A DNA stretch of 64,000 nucleotides from Candidatus Multivoradales bacterium (lineage in GTDB: Bacteria > Acidobacteriota > Thermoanaerobaculia > Multivoradales > J023). Where the stretch lies: the NCBI GenBank assembly GCA_965248925.1, contig CBDFLE010000006.1, forward strand, positions 3,360,001-3,424,000, in the 5' to 3' direction. Every line of letters starts with the position of its first letter. Positions within the stretch are counted from its first letter, which is position 1. This document shows, piece by piece, positions 19,053 through 28,732 of the stretch. The notes below the pieces were generated by a model. That model did no database searches. It was not told where the DNA came from and was given only the letters and a program-made list of their open reading frames with translations. The position numbers and the translations under genes were made by a program.

Positions 19053-20749
19053 GGTGTTTGCTCTCCACGCCCTCACTAATTTATCGGTACGGGAGTGTCT
19101 CACTTACATTGGCACAGAGGGGGCGACGCTTCGGCTCGCACGACGAAACTCTGCTGGCGCGGCCACAAAACGATGGCCGCTCGGCGATACCAGCGATCCA
19201 TAGTGTTGCCGGCATTGCCCGTGAATCCCTCGTACTCGGAGGTATGCGCTTCGAGGTCTGAGGATGGGGTGGTGGAGCACACTTCCTCGCTGCCGACGTT
19301 GGTGACGATGGGCACTTTCTGGGTTTGCGAGGAGTCGATCCAATGGGTCAGAGTGATTTCAGAATCGATCAGCTCGCCCAGTTCATAGACGTCCGGATCG
19401 TCGGTTGGCGGGTCGTCCTCGTACCAATCCTCATCCTCGTCGCGTTGCCAGCTGCGGTGCCTACGGTTCCTTCTGTCGTCCCAGTCGGAATCCATGCAGG
19501 TCCACGATTCGTGAACCTCGGCGAGGGCCAGTGCCGCTTCACAATCGCCGCTACCGGCTGCCTCTAGTAGGGCCTCCGCGCGTGCTCGATCATTGCCCTT
19601 GAGACGCTGCCAGCTAAGTCCCCGTTCGGTGTATTGGTGATCAAGAAGGTACACCAGCCGCAGCGGCGGCTCTCGCTGAGCCGCATCTTTCTGCCATTCC
19701 CAGCGCGGGGGGAGGGGGGTCTCGAAGTGCTCGCGCAGGTGTTGCAGCAGCTTTCGGGTCGGTCGGGTCGTTGAAGCAGCGCCTGCGAGTCGCAGCTTGG
19801 CTTCCTCGCCAACCAACATCAAGTTGTAGGTCAGGACGATTCGGTAGCCCTCCTTGACCGGCCGCACCTCATGTTGGCAATCAGCGTAGAAGGCGAGGAA
19901 CGATAGGTACTTCTTCGAGCCGCGGTAAGTGGCACTCTTGCCTTGATGCTCGATGATCATCGCGCCGCCCTTGAACGAGGAGGGCAGGGTTACGACCAGG
20001 GTGCCGACCATCTCGTCGGCTTTCTCCGAATCCTGATGGGGCAAGAAGAACTGGCCCGGAGCGTAGACCAGCATGGCGTGTAGCTCGGCTTTGAGCTGCA
20101 AATCTTCTGGAATCCCGAGGTCCATTCCCAGCTGCTCGAGGGTTGGTAGCAGAGTCTGCTTCCAGCGCCGCAGGTCGATCTTCACGCGGCTCTTGGGGAT
20201 CTCCCAAGTGTCCCGAACCTGCCGGTCGAGCAGAGTCTTCTTTCCTTGCCCGAAGCGTGCCGGCCGGCCGATCTGGCACAGCTGCTTGGCCTGCTGACGA
20301 GAAATCGGAAAGCGCAATCGTCCGACCCCCTTCACCTCCAGCCGCAGGTCCTCGGTTGGCCGAGATTGGCGAGCGCTGAAGCTGCCAGGAGTGTCGATCT
20401 TGCCGAGCAGATCGGCGATCAGTCCGCGGGTTGTAGTGGTCACGGGGAGGCTCCTGATTCTGTTACCAGTGAAGCTGTGATGGTGTCACATCGAGCTCCC
20501 GCTGTGCTTTGCGAAATGGAAGCAGGGCTGAAGCCGTCTTGCCGACCACTTTGGTGCAGAAGTCGACAGTAGACTTTTACAGGAAGGGCTATTCCCGATA
20601 CCATGGCAGCGCATCAGAGATATCCGTTTTCTGCATGAAGGTGGTTGGCGGCTACCGAGAATTCGTGAGTTCTAAGGGATGAAAGTTCAACGGGAGTCAC
20701 CGGCGCTCCGCCGGGGTCAATTTTGATCTGTACTTGGAGTCGTGGGCGA

Positions 20750-23029
20750 ATGGTAGTTCTTGTCGTATTGGTCTTGTTGGCGGTTGTAATTGCAGGTGTT
20801 ATGGCCGCTGGCCAGGGGGAGAAGGCCCCTCCGAATGCCAGCTCTCGGCTCTTAAGCGAGCGAGAGGAGGGGCTCAGTATTCAAAGGACGGTCCCGAACT
20901 ATCGTCATCCGCCTTCGCACAAGCCACCATCGACCAGTCGCCAGTGCTGGCAGCCCCAAGATCGGGAGGTGGAGATCGGTAGCCATACGGTCAAGGGGGG
21001 GCTGATCTATGTCGGCACTAATCTCCCGAGCGTCTCTGAATGGCTTGGGACCGAGCCGGCGCTTATCGACCCGAGCCTTGCTCGTGACATCAGGAATCCG
21101 GACCACGGTGGTGCGGGAATGGCCTACTGGCCGGCCTATGAGTCGATTCACCCGCGCTGCCGATCGGCCTATCTCGCATGGCTCGAGGGGGGTAGAAGTG
21201 ACCCTGGAGCCTATATCGGATACGTATTTCTGTACTTCTATGGGCTAGAACGGCGAGCCTTGCACGACGCTGCGAACCGGTCTGCTGCCGACCGGGAATT
21301 GCCGCAGATCGAGACTGAAGTCCAACGGTTGCTCTCGGTCTACGGCCAGAATCGCTCCTTTCGTGGCTACGCTTTACAATTTCTGGAGATCCTGCGGCTG
21401 CGAGCCGGTGATTGGCAGCCAGAATCAGAGCCGCCGCAGGGGTTGGTCCACAATGAGCTTTCCCTCGCCTTCCGCTTGGCCGTGGGCCAGATGGCAACTG
21501 CGGGCTCTCCACTGCCGGCCAAATGGGCGTTGGCGTGGGCGAGGTGTGATGGGAATATCAATCTTAGAACTCCTGCCTATCGATGTGAGGAGGAATTCAA
21601 TAAAATATTTCAGATTTGCTATTTCGAGAAGCACGGTGAGGGTCTACGGCTGAAGAAATGTAAGCGGAAGATCTTGGCCAGATACCGTCCGGCCAGCCCT
21701 TCCTTCCGCGGCTCCATAACTGTAGAAACGCCTTATCCGGAGGTGACGAACCTGGTAGGGCCGCGCCGCAAAATACAGCAAGTGGCGCTGGCCTGCTGTG
21801 ATGCCTTAGACGCTTACAGCCGCTGGCTCGGCCGCAACAAGAACGGTCGCGGCTCCTTGTTGGCCGCGGCGCTGATGCCGCCTGAGCTGTTGGCCTCGCA
21901 CGCGCCGGAGGAGTTTTCTAGCCTGCGGAGTCTGCTCCAGCAGAGTGTAGGCGACCGGCCCGCCGCTCTACTGCCAGCGGTAGAGGTACTGGGCTGTTGG
22001 TTCGGCACTGGAGAGAACACCAAACTAACCAAGAGCCAAGCAGTGCAAGCCGCGCACCTTTTGGGCCGAGCTGGGTTTGGTTTCGAACCGGATGTTCGGT
22101 TCTGTGGCCAGAAACCTGAAAGTGCAGGCCAGGTCGTAGTCTTTCCGTTGGCCGGTGATGAGGGCGTCTGCCCCTCTCTAGAATACTTGGCCGCTGTCGT
22201 TCTGCTCCATCTTGCGGTGATGGTTTCGGCCGCTGATGGGGAGGTTGGCCTGGATGAGCAGCAGCATCTCAGGGACCATCTCGCGGGGGGTCTTGAACTC
22301 CAGCAGGCCGAGATTCGACGGTTGGGTGCCTACCTCGAATGGTTGTTGCTCTATCCTCCTGGGAGTCTGGGAGGTAAGAAGCGAATCGAGCATCTTGCAC
22401 CGCAACAGCGTGCGACTATCGGTGAGCTTTCGGTCGCCGTAGCCTGTGCGGACGGTCGCGTAGATCCCGACGAGATCAAAATGCTGACGAAGATCTTCCG
22501 GTTTCTCGGCCTCGACCCTGGAACCGTGCATGAGTGGCTGCACAGTTACCAAACTTCTGGTGACATCGGTCCCGTCCTGGTGACCTCAGGCAATCGTCAG
22601 TGTCATCCTGGCCACCCCTTGCCAACTCCCCTTGATGGCACCGCCCCAGGTGGAGCGGTCGTCCGGCTGGATCCTGCCCTGGTGGCGGCAAAACTGCGGG
22701 AATCGGAGAAAGCCGCGGTGACTTTGGCCGGCATCTTTGATGATGAGGATCAGGAAACTCCTGCGATACCGTTGCCGTCTACCGGGCCGGCAGGCGGCAC
22801 GGTCGAGGGTCTGGATGGAGCCCATTCAGCCCTCTTCCGGAGGCTGGCGAAGAGGGCATCGTGGCCGCGGTCAGACTACGAGGACCTCGCGGACGAACTC
22901 GGACTCCTACCGGATGGCGCTATAGATTTGCTGAACGACATAGCCTTTGAGCTGTGCGACGAGCCCTTCATTGAGGGCGATAATCCGTTGGAGATTAACG
23001 AGCTTGTAGCATTGGAGATACTCGAATGA
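20750..23029 (+). CDS. sngA: TerB-N/TerB/TerB-C domain protein (Shango SngA-like)
   Basis: N-terminal TM; TerB-N YWPAY...YLAWL...GYVFLYFYGLERR; TerB SAADGEV and CADGRVD; TerB-C GAIDLLNDIAFELCDEPFIEGD. Confidence 0.85.
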   Translation: MVVLVVLVLLAVVIAGVMAAGQGEKAPPNASSRLLSEREEGLSIQRTVPNYRHPPSHKPPSTSRQCWQPQDREVEIGSHTVKGGLIYVGTNLPSVSEWLGTEPALIDPSLARDIRNPDHGGAGMAYWPAYESIHPRCRSAYLAWLEGGRSDPGAYIGYVFLYFYGLERRALHDAANRSAADRELPQIETEVQRLLSVYGQNRSFRGYALQFLEILRLRAGDWQPESEPPQGLVHNELSLAFRLAVGQMATAGSPLPAKWALAWARCDGNINLRTPAYRCEEEFNKIFQICYFEKHGEGLRLKKCKRKILARYRPASPSFRGSITVETPYPEVTNLVGPRRKIQQVALACCDALDAYSRWLGRNKNGRGSLLAAALMPPELLASHAPEEFSSLRSLLQQSVGDRPAALLPAVEVLGCWFGTGENTKLTKSQAVQAAHLLGRAGFGFEPDVRFCGQKPESAGQVVVFPLAGDEGVCPSLEYLAAVVLLHLAVMVSAADGEVGLDEQQHLRDHLAGGLELQQAEIRRLGAYLEWLLLYPPGSLGGKKRIEHLAPQQRATIGELSVAVACADGRVDPDEIKMLTKIFRFLGLDPGTVHEWLHSYQTSGDIGPVLVTSGNRQCHPGHPLPTPLDGTAPGGAVVRLDPALVAAKLRESEKAAVTLAGIFDDEDQETPAIPLPSTGPAGGTVEGLDGAHSALFRRLAKRASWPRSDYEDLADELGLLPDGAIDLLNDIAFELCDEPFIEGDNPLEINELVALEILE

Positions 23030-24435
23030 AGAGCACCAAGACCATCCGTCCGCGAGATCGTGATGCCATCCTGCAGAGTCTGCGGGCGGGGGTCGTGCCA
23101 CGACGCGGACATCGCCATATCCAGGTCGGCCGGCACCAAGAACTCGCCGCAATCGTACGCGATGTCGAGCGGATAGCCGACGCGGGCTCGGCGATCCGCT
23201 TCATCATCGGTCCTTTCGGCTCCGGCAAGACCTTCTTTCTCAGTCTGGTGCGCGCCGTCGGATTGCAGAAGAAATTGGTAGTCGTACACGCCGATATGGC
23301 ACCAGACCGCAGGCTTTTCTCGACCGGTGGCCAGGCCCGCCTTCTCTATGCCGAATTGATGCGCAATTTGGCAACTCGCTCTCGGCCCGACGGTGAGGCA
23401 CTGCCGGCGGTTGTCGAAAGGTTCGTCAGTTCGGCACTCAGCGAGGCGCGAGAGCGCGGTGTGCAGACACCGGTGGTGATTCAAGAGCGGCTGGAATCGC
23501 TTTCTGAGATGGTCGGTGGTTACGACTTTGCTCATGTCATCGGGGCCTATTGGCAGGCCCACGACAGCGGTGATACACAGCTTCAGACGCAGGCGATCCG
23601 CTGGTTACGGGGCGAATTCTCGACCCGGACAGATGCCCGCAAGGCCTTGGGCGTGCGAACCATTGTCGATGACCACAACGTCTACGACCAACTGAAGCTG
23701 ATGGCCCGGTTCGTGCGCCTGGCCGGATACGGTGGTCTGTTGGTCTGCATTGATGAGCTGATCAACCTCTATAAGCTGTCGAATAAACGGGCACGCGACT
23801 CAAACTTCGAGCAAATCCTGCGCATCCTTAACGACTGCCTCCAGGGGTCGGCGGCGGGGCTCGGGTTCATCTTCGGCGGGACGCCGGAGTTTCTCACCGA
23901 TACTCGCCGCGGTCTCTACAGCTACCAGGCTCTCCAGTCGCGGTTGGCGGAGAATACCTTTGCCACAGACGACCTGGTCGATTTGAGCGGCCCGGTGCTG
24001 CGCCTTGCGAATTTACTGCCGGAAGATATCTTCGTACTGCTCTCCAAGCTCCGGCATGTTTACGCCAGTGGTGATCCTGATCAGCATCTGGTGTCCGACG
24101 AGGGACTCAGCGCATTCATGGAGCATTGCTCGCGGCGGATCGGGGACCGATATTTCAGAACCCCCCGCAACACCATCAAGGAGTTCGTCAGTCTGCTGGC
24201 GGTTCTCGAACAGAATCCTGGGACCAGCTGGAACCAGCTGCTGCCGAATATTCGGGTTGAAGAAGAAGGCAATCCGGATCTGGCGCCGCTGCCGGAAGAT
24301 GTGGAAAAGGAGGACCCGTCCGAGCGTCAAGAGTCTGCGGCGGAAGTGACTCGGCCGGCGGAGCCGGCGACAGATGGCGGCACGGATGAGGAGTCTGCTG
24401 AAGCCGATGACGACCTGGCCTCGTTTCGGCTCTGA
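23026..24435 (+). CDS. sngB: P-loop ATPase, DUF2791/BrxD-like (Shango SngB-like)
   Basis: SLRAGVVP, Walker A GPFGSGKT, Walker B VCIDE, RTPR; ATGA overlap with upstream gene. Confidence 0.85.
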   Translation: MKSTKTIRPRDRDAILQSLRAGVVPRRGHRHIQVGRHQELAAIVRDVERIADAGSAIRFIIGPFGSGKTFFLSLVRAVGLQKKLVVVHADMAPDRRLFSTGGQARLLYAELMRNLATRSRPDGEALPAVVERFVSSALSEARERGVQTPVVIQERLESLSEMVGGYDFAHVIGAYWQAHDSGDTQLQTQAIRWLRGEFSTRTDARKALGVRTIVDDHNVYDQLKLMARFVRLAGYGGLLVCIDELINLYKLSNKRARDSNFEQILRILNDCLQGSAAGLGFIFGGTPEFLTDTRRGLYSYQALQSRLAENTFATDDLVDLSGPVLRLANLLPEDIFVLLSKLRHVYASGDPDQHLVSDEGLSAFMEHCSRRIGDRYFRTPRNTIKEFVSLLAVLEQNPGTSWNQLLPNIRVEEEGNPDLAPLPEDVEKEDPSERQESAAEVTRPAEPATDGGTDEESAEADDDLASFRL

Positions 24436-24447
24436 GGAACCTCTCCC

Positions 24448-26676
24448 ATGACCGAGGAACCTGCCTTCGCGGCTTTCGAGCTGCTCGACGATCGAGTGAA
24501 GCAGTGGATTGGGAATGCCGGTTGGACGGAGCTTCGTGACATTCAGGCCGCCGCGATTCGGAGCATTCTCCAGCTGCGAACGGATGTGATCATCGCCGCG
24601 GCAACGGCTACCGGCAAGACCGAGGCGGCTTTTCTACCGATCTGCTCCGCGCTGGTGGGTAAGGTCGGGAATAGGGGTATCCAGACCCTCTACGTCAGCC
24701 CCCTCAAGGCGCTGATCAATGACCAGTATCGCCGACTCACTGACCTTTGCCAGGGCTTGGAGATTCCGGTGCATCGCTGGCACGGGGATGTGCTGCCCGG
24801 TCACAAGAAGAAGGTCTTGGCGCGGCCGTCCGGGATTCTGCTGATCACCCCTGAGTCGCTGGAAGCTCTGCTCGTCCTTCGCGGGCACCTCATGGGGCGA
24901 TTCTTCGCTGCCCTTGACTGGGTGGTGATCGACGAACTCCATGCTTTCATCGGCACCGACCGCGGTCGCCAACTACAGTCGCTGCTACACCGGATCGAGT
25001 TGCGAGTGCGTCGCCGGATACCTCGCGTCGGACTGAGCGCTACGCTCGGTGATCTCACGTTCGCGGCTCGCTTTCTGCGTTCAGCCGATAGCCGGTCGGG
25101 TGGTCAGCAGGCGGTCGAAACGATCGTTTCTCGCAGCGAGGGCCAAGAGCTTCTGCTCCAGATTCGAGGCTACGTGGAGCCCGCGGCGCAACCCGAGGAC
25201 GCCCCTGCTCAGTCAGAAATTGAGGTCGGCGGCGTCGCGGGGATTGCCGACCACCTGTTTCGAACCCTTCGCGGCCAAGATCATCTGGTCTTTGCTAACA
25301 GTCGTGGCAATGTTGAGCAGTACGCCGATCTGCTGCGGCGACGCTCGACCGCTGAGCGCCTTGCGAACGAATTTTTCCCCCACCATGGCAACCTTTCGCG
25401 GGAGTTGCGCGAGGTGGTCGAGGAGCGTCTCAAGGACCCGACCGTCCCGACGACCGCCATTTGCACCTCGACTCTCGAACTCGGGATCGATATCGGACGC
25501 GTGGCGAGCATCGGCCAGATCGGCGCTCCTTTCTCGGTGGCGAGCCTGCGCCAACGGCTGGGCCGCTCTGGACGCCGAGACCAACCCGCGGCTCTTCGCA
25601 TCTATATCCATGAGCCGGAGGTCATGGCCCGAAGCCATTTGCTAGATCGTCTGCGCGCGGGCCTGGTGCAGGCCGTTGCCATGGCTGAGTTACTGATTGA
25701 GAAGTGGTGTGAGCCGTCGACCGAGGGCGCGCTCCATCTCTCGGCCCTGGTGCAACAAATTCTGTCCCTGGCTGCCGAACATGGAGGGGTGATTGCTCAG
25801 GATGCCTGGCGGGCACTGGTCGAGTCCGGACCGTTCGCCTCAGTGTCCTCGGCGCAGTTCCTTCGCTTGCTGCGCTGCATGGGTGCCGCGGATCTGCTGA
25901 TACAGTCGGCAGACGGCACCTTGCTGCCGGGCGAGAAGGGTGAGCGGATTGTCAACCATTTTACTTTCTATACGATTTTCCAGACGCCAGAAGAGTATCA
26001 GGTGCTTCATCAAGGACGTTCGCTAGGCACTTTGACGTTCGACCATCTGCTTGCCGAGGGACTCCACATCATCTTTGCCGGACGTCGCTGGAAAGTTGTT
26101 GGGGTCGACACAGAGCAGAAAGTTGTCTCGGTCGAGCCCTCTCCTGGTGGCCGCGTTCCGACCTTCCTCGGCAGTTCGGGCGGGAGGATCCACGACCGGA
26201 TCCGGACCAAGATGAGGGAGGTTTGGTCGGAGGGAGAGGTTCCTCGGTACCTCGACAAGGGTGCCAGAAAGTTGCTCTTGCAGGCTCGGGCCAAATACGC
26301 CGGGCTGGGACTGGGGGCGGATCGCCTGATTGCATCTGGAAAGGATACGATCGTTTTCCTCAGCCGGGGGGACACGATTATGAACACGGTTGCCCTCCAG
26401 CTCTTGGCACGACAGATGGAGGTCGCCCAGATAGGGCCCGCGCTTTCTATTAGCTCTGCAACGCCAGGAGAGGTGCGAAGAGTTCTGACCGCGATGGTCG
26501 ATGAAGGCCCTGCGGATCCCCTGGAACTCGCCAGCCATGCCAGCAATAAGCAGATCGGGAAATACGATTGGGTATTGGATGAGGAACTCTTGGATGCTGA
26601 GTATAGCGCGTCTTCGCTCGATCCGAATGCGGCCCATATTGCGTTATGTGAACTACTGGGTCCTGAGAGTGCATGA
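24448..26676 (+). CDS. sngC: Lhr-like DEAD/DEAH-box helicase (Shango SngC-like)
   Basis: ATATGKT, DELH, SAT, HHG, TSTLELGIDIG, QRLGRSGR. Confidence 0.9.
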   Translation: MTEEPAFAAFELLDDRVKQWIGNAGWTELRDIQAAAIRSILQLRTDVIIAAATATGKTEAAFLPICSALVGKVGNRGIQTLYVSPLKALINDQYRRLTDLCQGLEIPVHRWHGDVLPGHKKKVLARPSGILLITPESLEALLVLRGHLMGRFFAALDWVVIDELHAFIGTDRGRQLQSLLHRIELRVRRRIPRVGLSATLGDLTFAARFLRSADSRSGGQQAVETIVSRSEGQELLLQIRGYVEPAAQPEDAPAQSEIEVGGVAGIADHLFRTLRGQDHLVFANSRGNVEQYADLLRRRSTAERLANEFFPHHGNLSRELREVVEERLKDPTVPTTAICTSTLELGIDIGRVASIGQIGAPFSVASLRQRLGRSGRRDQPAALRIYIHEPEVMARSHLLDRLRAGLVQAVAMAELLIEKWCEPSTEGALHLSALVQQILSLAAEHGGVIAQDAWRALVESGPFASVSSAQFLRLLRCMGAADLLIQSADGTLLPGEKGERIVNHFTFYTIFQTPEEYQVLHQGRSLGTLTFDHLLAEGLHIIFAGRRWKVVGVDTEQKVVSVEPSPGGRVPTFLGSSGGRIHDRIRTKMREVWSEGEVPRYLDKGARKLLLQARAKYAGLGLGADRLIASGKDTIVFLSRGDTIMNTVALQLLARQMEVAQIGPALSISSATPGEVRRVLTAMVDEGPADPLELASHASNKQIGKYDWVLDEELLDAEYSASSLDPNAAHIALCELLGPESA

Positions 26677-26739
26677 GAGCTCCCGGGCAGCCGCCGCCAC
26701 CTGGGAGCATTCATGCGCTGCGTCACTCAGCCACTATTC

Positions 26740-27498
26740 TCACGCCCGCAGCCATAGCAAGACGGCGAAGATCAGCACCGTCACGGTGACGAAGCTCTGC
26801 ACCCAGCGGTGGCCTTTGAGCACCGTCAACCGGGCGCCGAGGGCGCCACCGACCATGGTGCCGGCGGCTAGCGCCAGGCCGTAGCTCCACCACACCTTGC
26901 CGTGGTAGGCGAAGACCGCCAGGGCGAGGCCGGTGAGACAGAGGATGGTGAGCACTTTGACCGCGTTGCCGCGCACCAAGTCGAGGCCGGCGGCGGTGGT
27001 GGCGGCGAGCACTAGAAACCCCACTCCGGCCTGGACGAAACCACCGTAAATGCCGACGGCGAAGAAACCAGCGGCAAGGGCCAACGGGTGCGCCGGGCCG
27101 GTCGCTGGTTGGCTGGGTGCCGATTGGCCGGGGCGTAGAGTCCATAGGGTGATGGCGACCATCAAGCCGGCCAGCAGGCGTTGGAAGGCGCGGTCGCTGA
27201 TCTCTAGCGCTGCCCAGCTGCCGAGGGCGGCGCCGAGGGTGGCGGGCAATGCCGCCCACAGCAGGGAGCGCAGATCGAGCAGGCCGTAGCGCTTAAAGCT
27301 GTGCACCGCCGAGACGTTCTGCAGCAAAATCCCCACCCGGTTGGTGCCGTTGGCGATACCGGGCGGCAGGCCGAGGAAGATCAGGGTCGGCAGGGTGATG
27401 AATGAGCCGCCGCCAGCGAGGACGTTGAGAGTGCCGCCGATCAAGCCGGCGCCGGCCAGGAGCACATAGCCGGTCCAATGACCGTCGAGAGCCTGCAT
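26740..27498 (-). CDS. sulfite exporter TauE/SafE family protein
   Basis: LAGGGSFITLPTL, ANGTNR, GIYGGFVQAGVG; multiple TM helices. Confidence 0.9.
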   Translation of the reverse strand: MQALDGHWTGYVLLAGAGLIGGTLNVLAGGGSFITLPTLIFLGLPPGIANGTNRVGILLQNVSAVHSFKRYGLLDLRSLLWAALPATLGAALGSWAALEISDRAFQRLLAGLMVAITLWTLRPGQSAPSQPATGPAHPLALAAGFFAVGIYGGFVQAGVGFLVLAATTAAGLDLVRGNAVKVLTILCLTGLALAVFAYHGKVWWSYGLALAAGTMVGGALGARLTVLKGHRWVQSFVTVTVLIFAVLLWLRA

Positions 27499-27740
27499 CT
27501 GCTACTAGCTTTCGCCGCTGGCCAGGCCGCCTTGTGAGGGCTGTCGGCTGGGCGGCGGGGGGGGATCTAGGCTCATCTGGGGACTCCTCAACGGGGTGGG
27601 CAAGGTAGGCCGAGCATAGCAGTCGCCGGGCCTAGCCCGGCCCGGCGCGTCTTGACATCCGCCGGACTCGCGGCCACCGTAGACCCCAGTGAGAGCACTG
27701 GCGCGGTCGCCAAGTCTCGATTTTCGGAGACTGGGAGTAG

Positions 27741-28607
27741 TTGATGAAGAAGCAAAGTAGGAAGAATTTCGGCAGACCAAATATTTCGCTAGCGGTTCGC
27801 TGCGCGGCTCTGCTGTTGCTGTTGCTGGCGCCGGTAGCTTTGGCGGCGCCGGCAGCCAAACTCTGGCCCCGCTGGGAGGTTCACAATGCGAGCGCCACGG
27901 CGACTCTCGATCACGGGCATTGGGCGAGTTTTCTCGCCAAGTACATCTCGGCCGGTGACGATGGCATTGGCCGCCTCGCCTACGGCAAGGTGACGCCGGC
28001 TGACCAGGCGTTGTTGGGCGCCTATCTGGTCCAGCTACAACGCACGGCGATCAGTGAGTCCTCCCGCGGCGAGCAGCTGGCTTATTGGATCAATCTCTAC
28101 AACGCCACCACCGTCAAGGTGATTCTTGATCACTATCCGGTGGACTCGATTACCGACATCGATATTTCTCCGGGCTTCTTCAGCAATGGCCCGTGGGATG
28201 CCAAGCTGGTGCAGGTCGAGGGCGAGGATCTCAGCCTGAACGATATCGAGCACCGCATCTTGCGGCCGATCTGGCGCGATCCGCGGATTCACTATTCGGT
28301 CAACTGCGCCAGCATGGGCTGTCCTGATCTACTCGACCAGCCCTACACCGGCGCCACCGCCCAGGCGCAGCTGGACGCCGCCGCGGGCCGCTTCGTCAAT
28401 CACCCTCGGGGTGCTCGTTTTGACGGCGACCGGCTGGTGGTGTCGAAGATCTACAGCTGGTACCAAGTCGATTTCGGCGACAGTGACGCGGGTGTGGTCG
28501 AGCATCTGCGGCTCTACGCCGAGGGCGAGTTGGCCAAGAGTCTGGCGAGCTGGAAGGGAAACTTGAGCAGCGACTACGATTGGCGCCTCAACCAGCCTGA
28601 CAAGTAG
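27741..28607 (+). CDS. DUF547 domain secreted protein
   Basis: YWINLYNA, SLNDIEHRILR, DPRIHYSVNCASMGCP, SKIYSWY, YDWRLN. Confidence 0.9.
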   Translation: MMKKQSRKNFGRPNISLAVRCAALLLLLLAPVALAAPAAKLWPRWEVHNASATATLDHGHWASFLAKYISAGDDGIGRLAYGKVTPADQALLGAYLVQLQRTAISESSRGEQLAYWINLYNATTVKVILDHYPVDSITDIDISPGFFSNGPWDAKLVQVEGEDLSLNDIEHRILRPIWRDPRIHYSVNCASMGCPDLLDQPYTGATAQAQLDAAAGRFVNHPRGARFDGDRLVVSKIYSWYQVDFGDSDAGVVEHLRLYAEGELAKSLASWKGNLSSDYDWRLNQPDK

Positions 28608-28732
28608 CCTCCTCGCAACCCTCTTCTAGAGGTCGGCCGGCAGTCGCCCGAGGGCGTAACTTTCTCTCTGCTGGCGGGTAGGTTGCAGTAGAACCGTCTC
28701 AGGCTGCCAGCTTCACCAACTCAGGAGACTTC

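Larger units (their letters stand above)
17483..19120 (-). mobile_element. IS3-family insertion sequence
   Basis: Imperfect IRs TGTGTCAATGAGAATGAGACACT (17486) and TGTGCCAATGTAAGTGAGACACT (ending 19116); 5-bp DR GGGCG at 17478-17482 and 19121-19125. Confidence 0.95.
16428..20443 (-). pseudogene. 2OG-Fe(II) oxygenase family protein interrupted by an IS3-family element
   Basis: N-part has FLPHQDSEK and HEVRPVKEGYRIVLTYNL; removing 17483-19125 restores the frame ...RAEASPAWALQSLRQHL... Confidence 0.9.
16085..26739. mobile_element. putative defence island between the duplicated tauE 3' halves
   Basis: Bracketed by 381-bp direct repeats; cargo is a HUH remnant, 2OG oxygenase::IS3 and a Shango-type operon; no integrase gene seen. 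Confidence 0.7.

Noticed and set aside
23026-24435. BREX system (BrxD-like ATPase plus helicase)
   Set aside because: No pglZ, pglX or brxC; the TerB-domain partner indicates Shango
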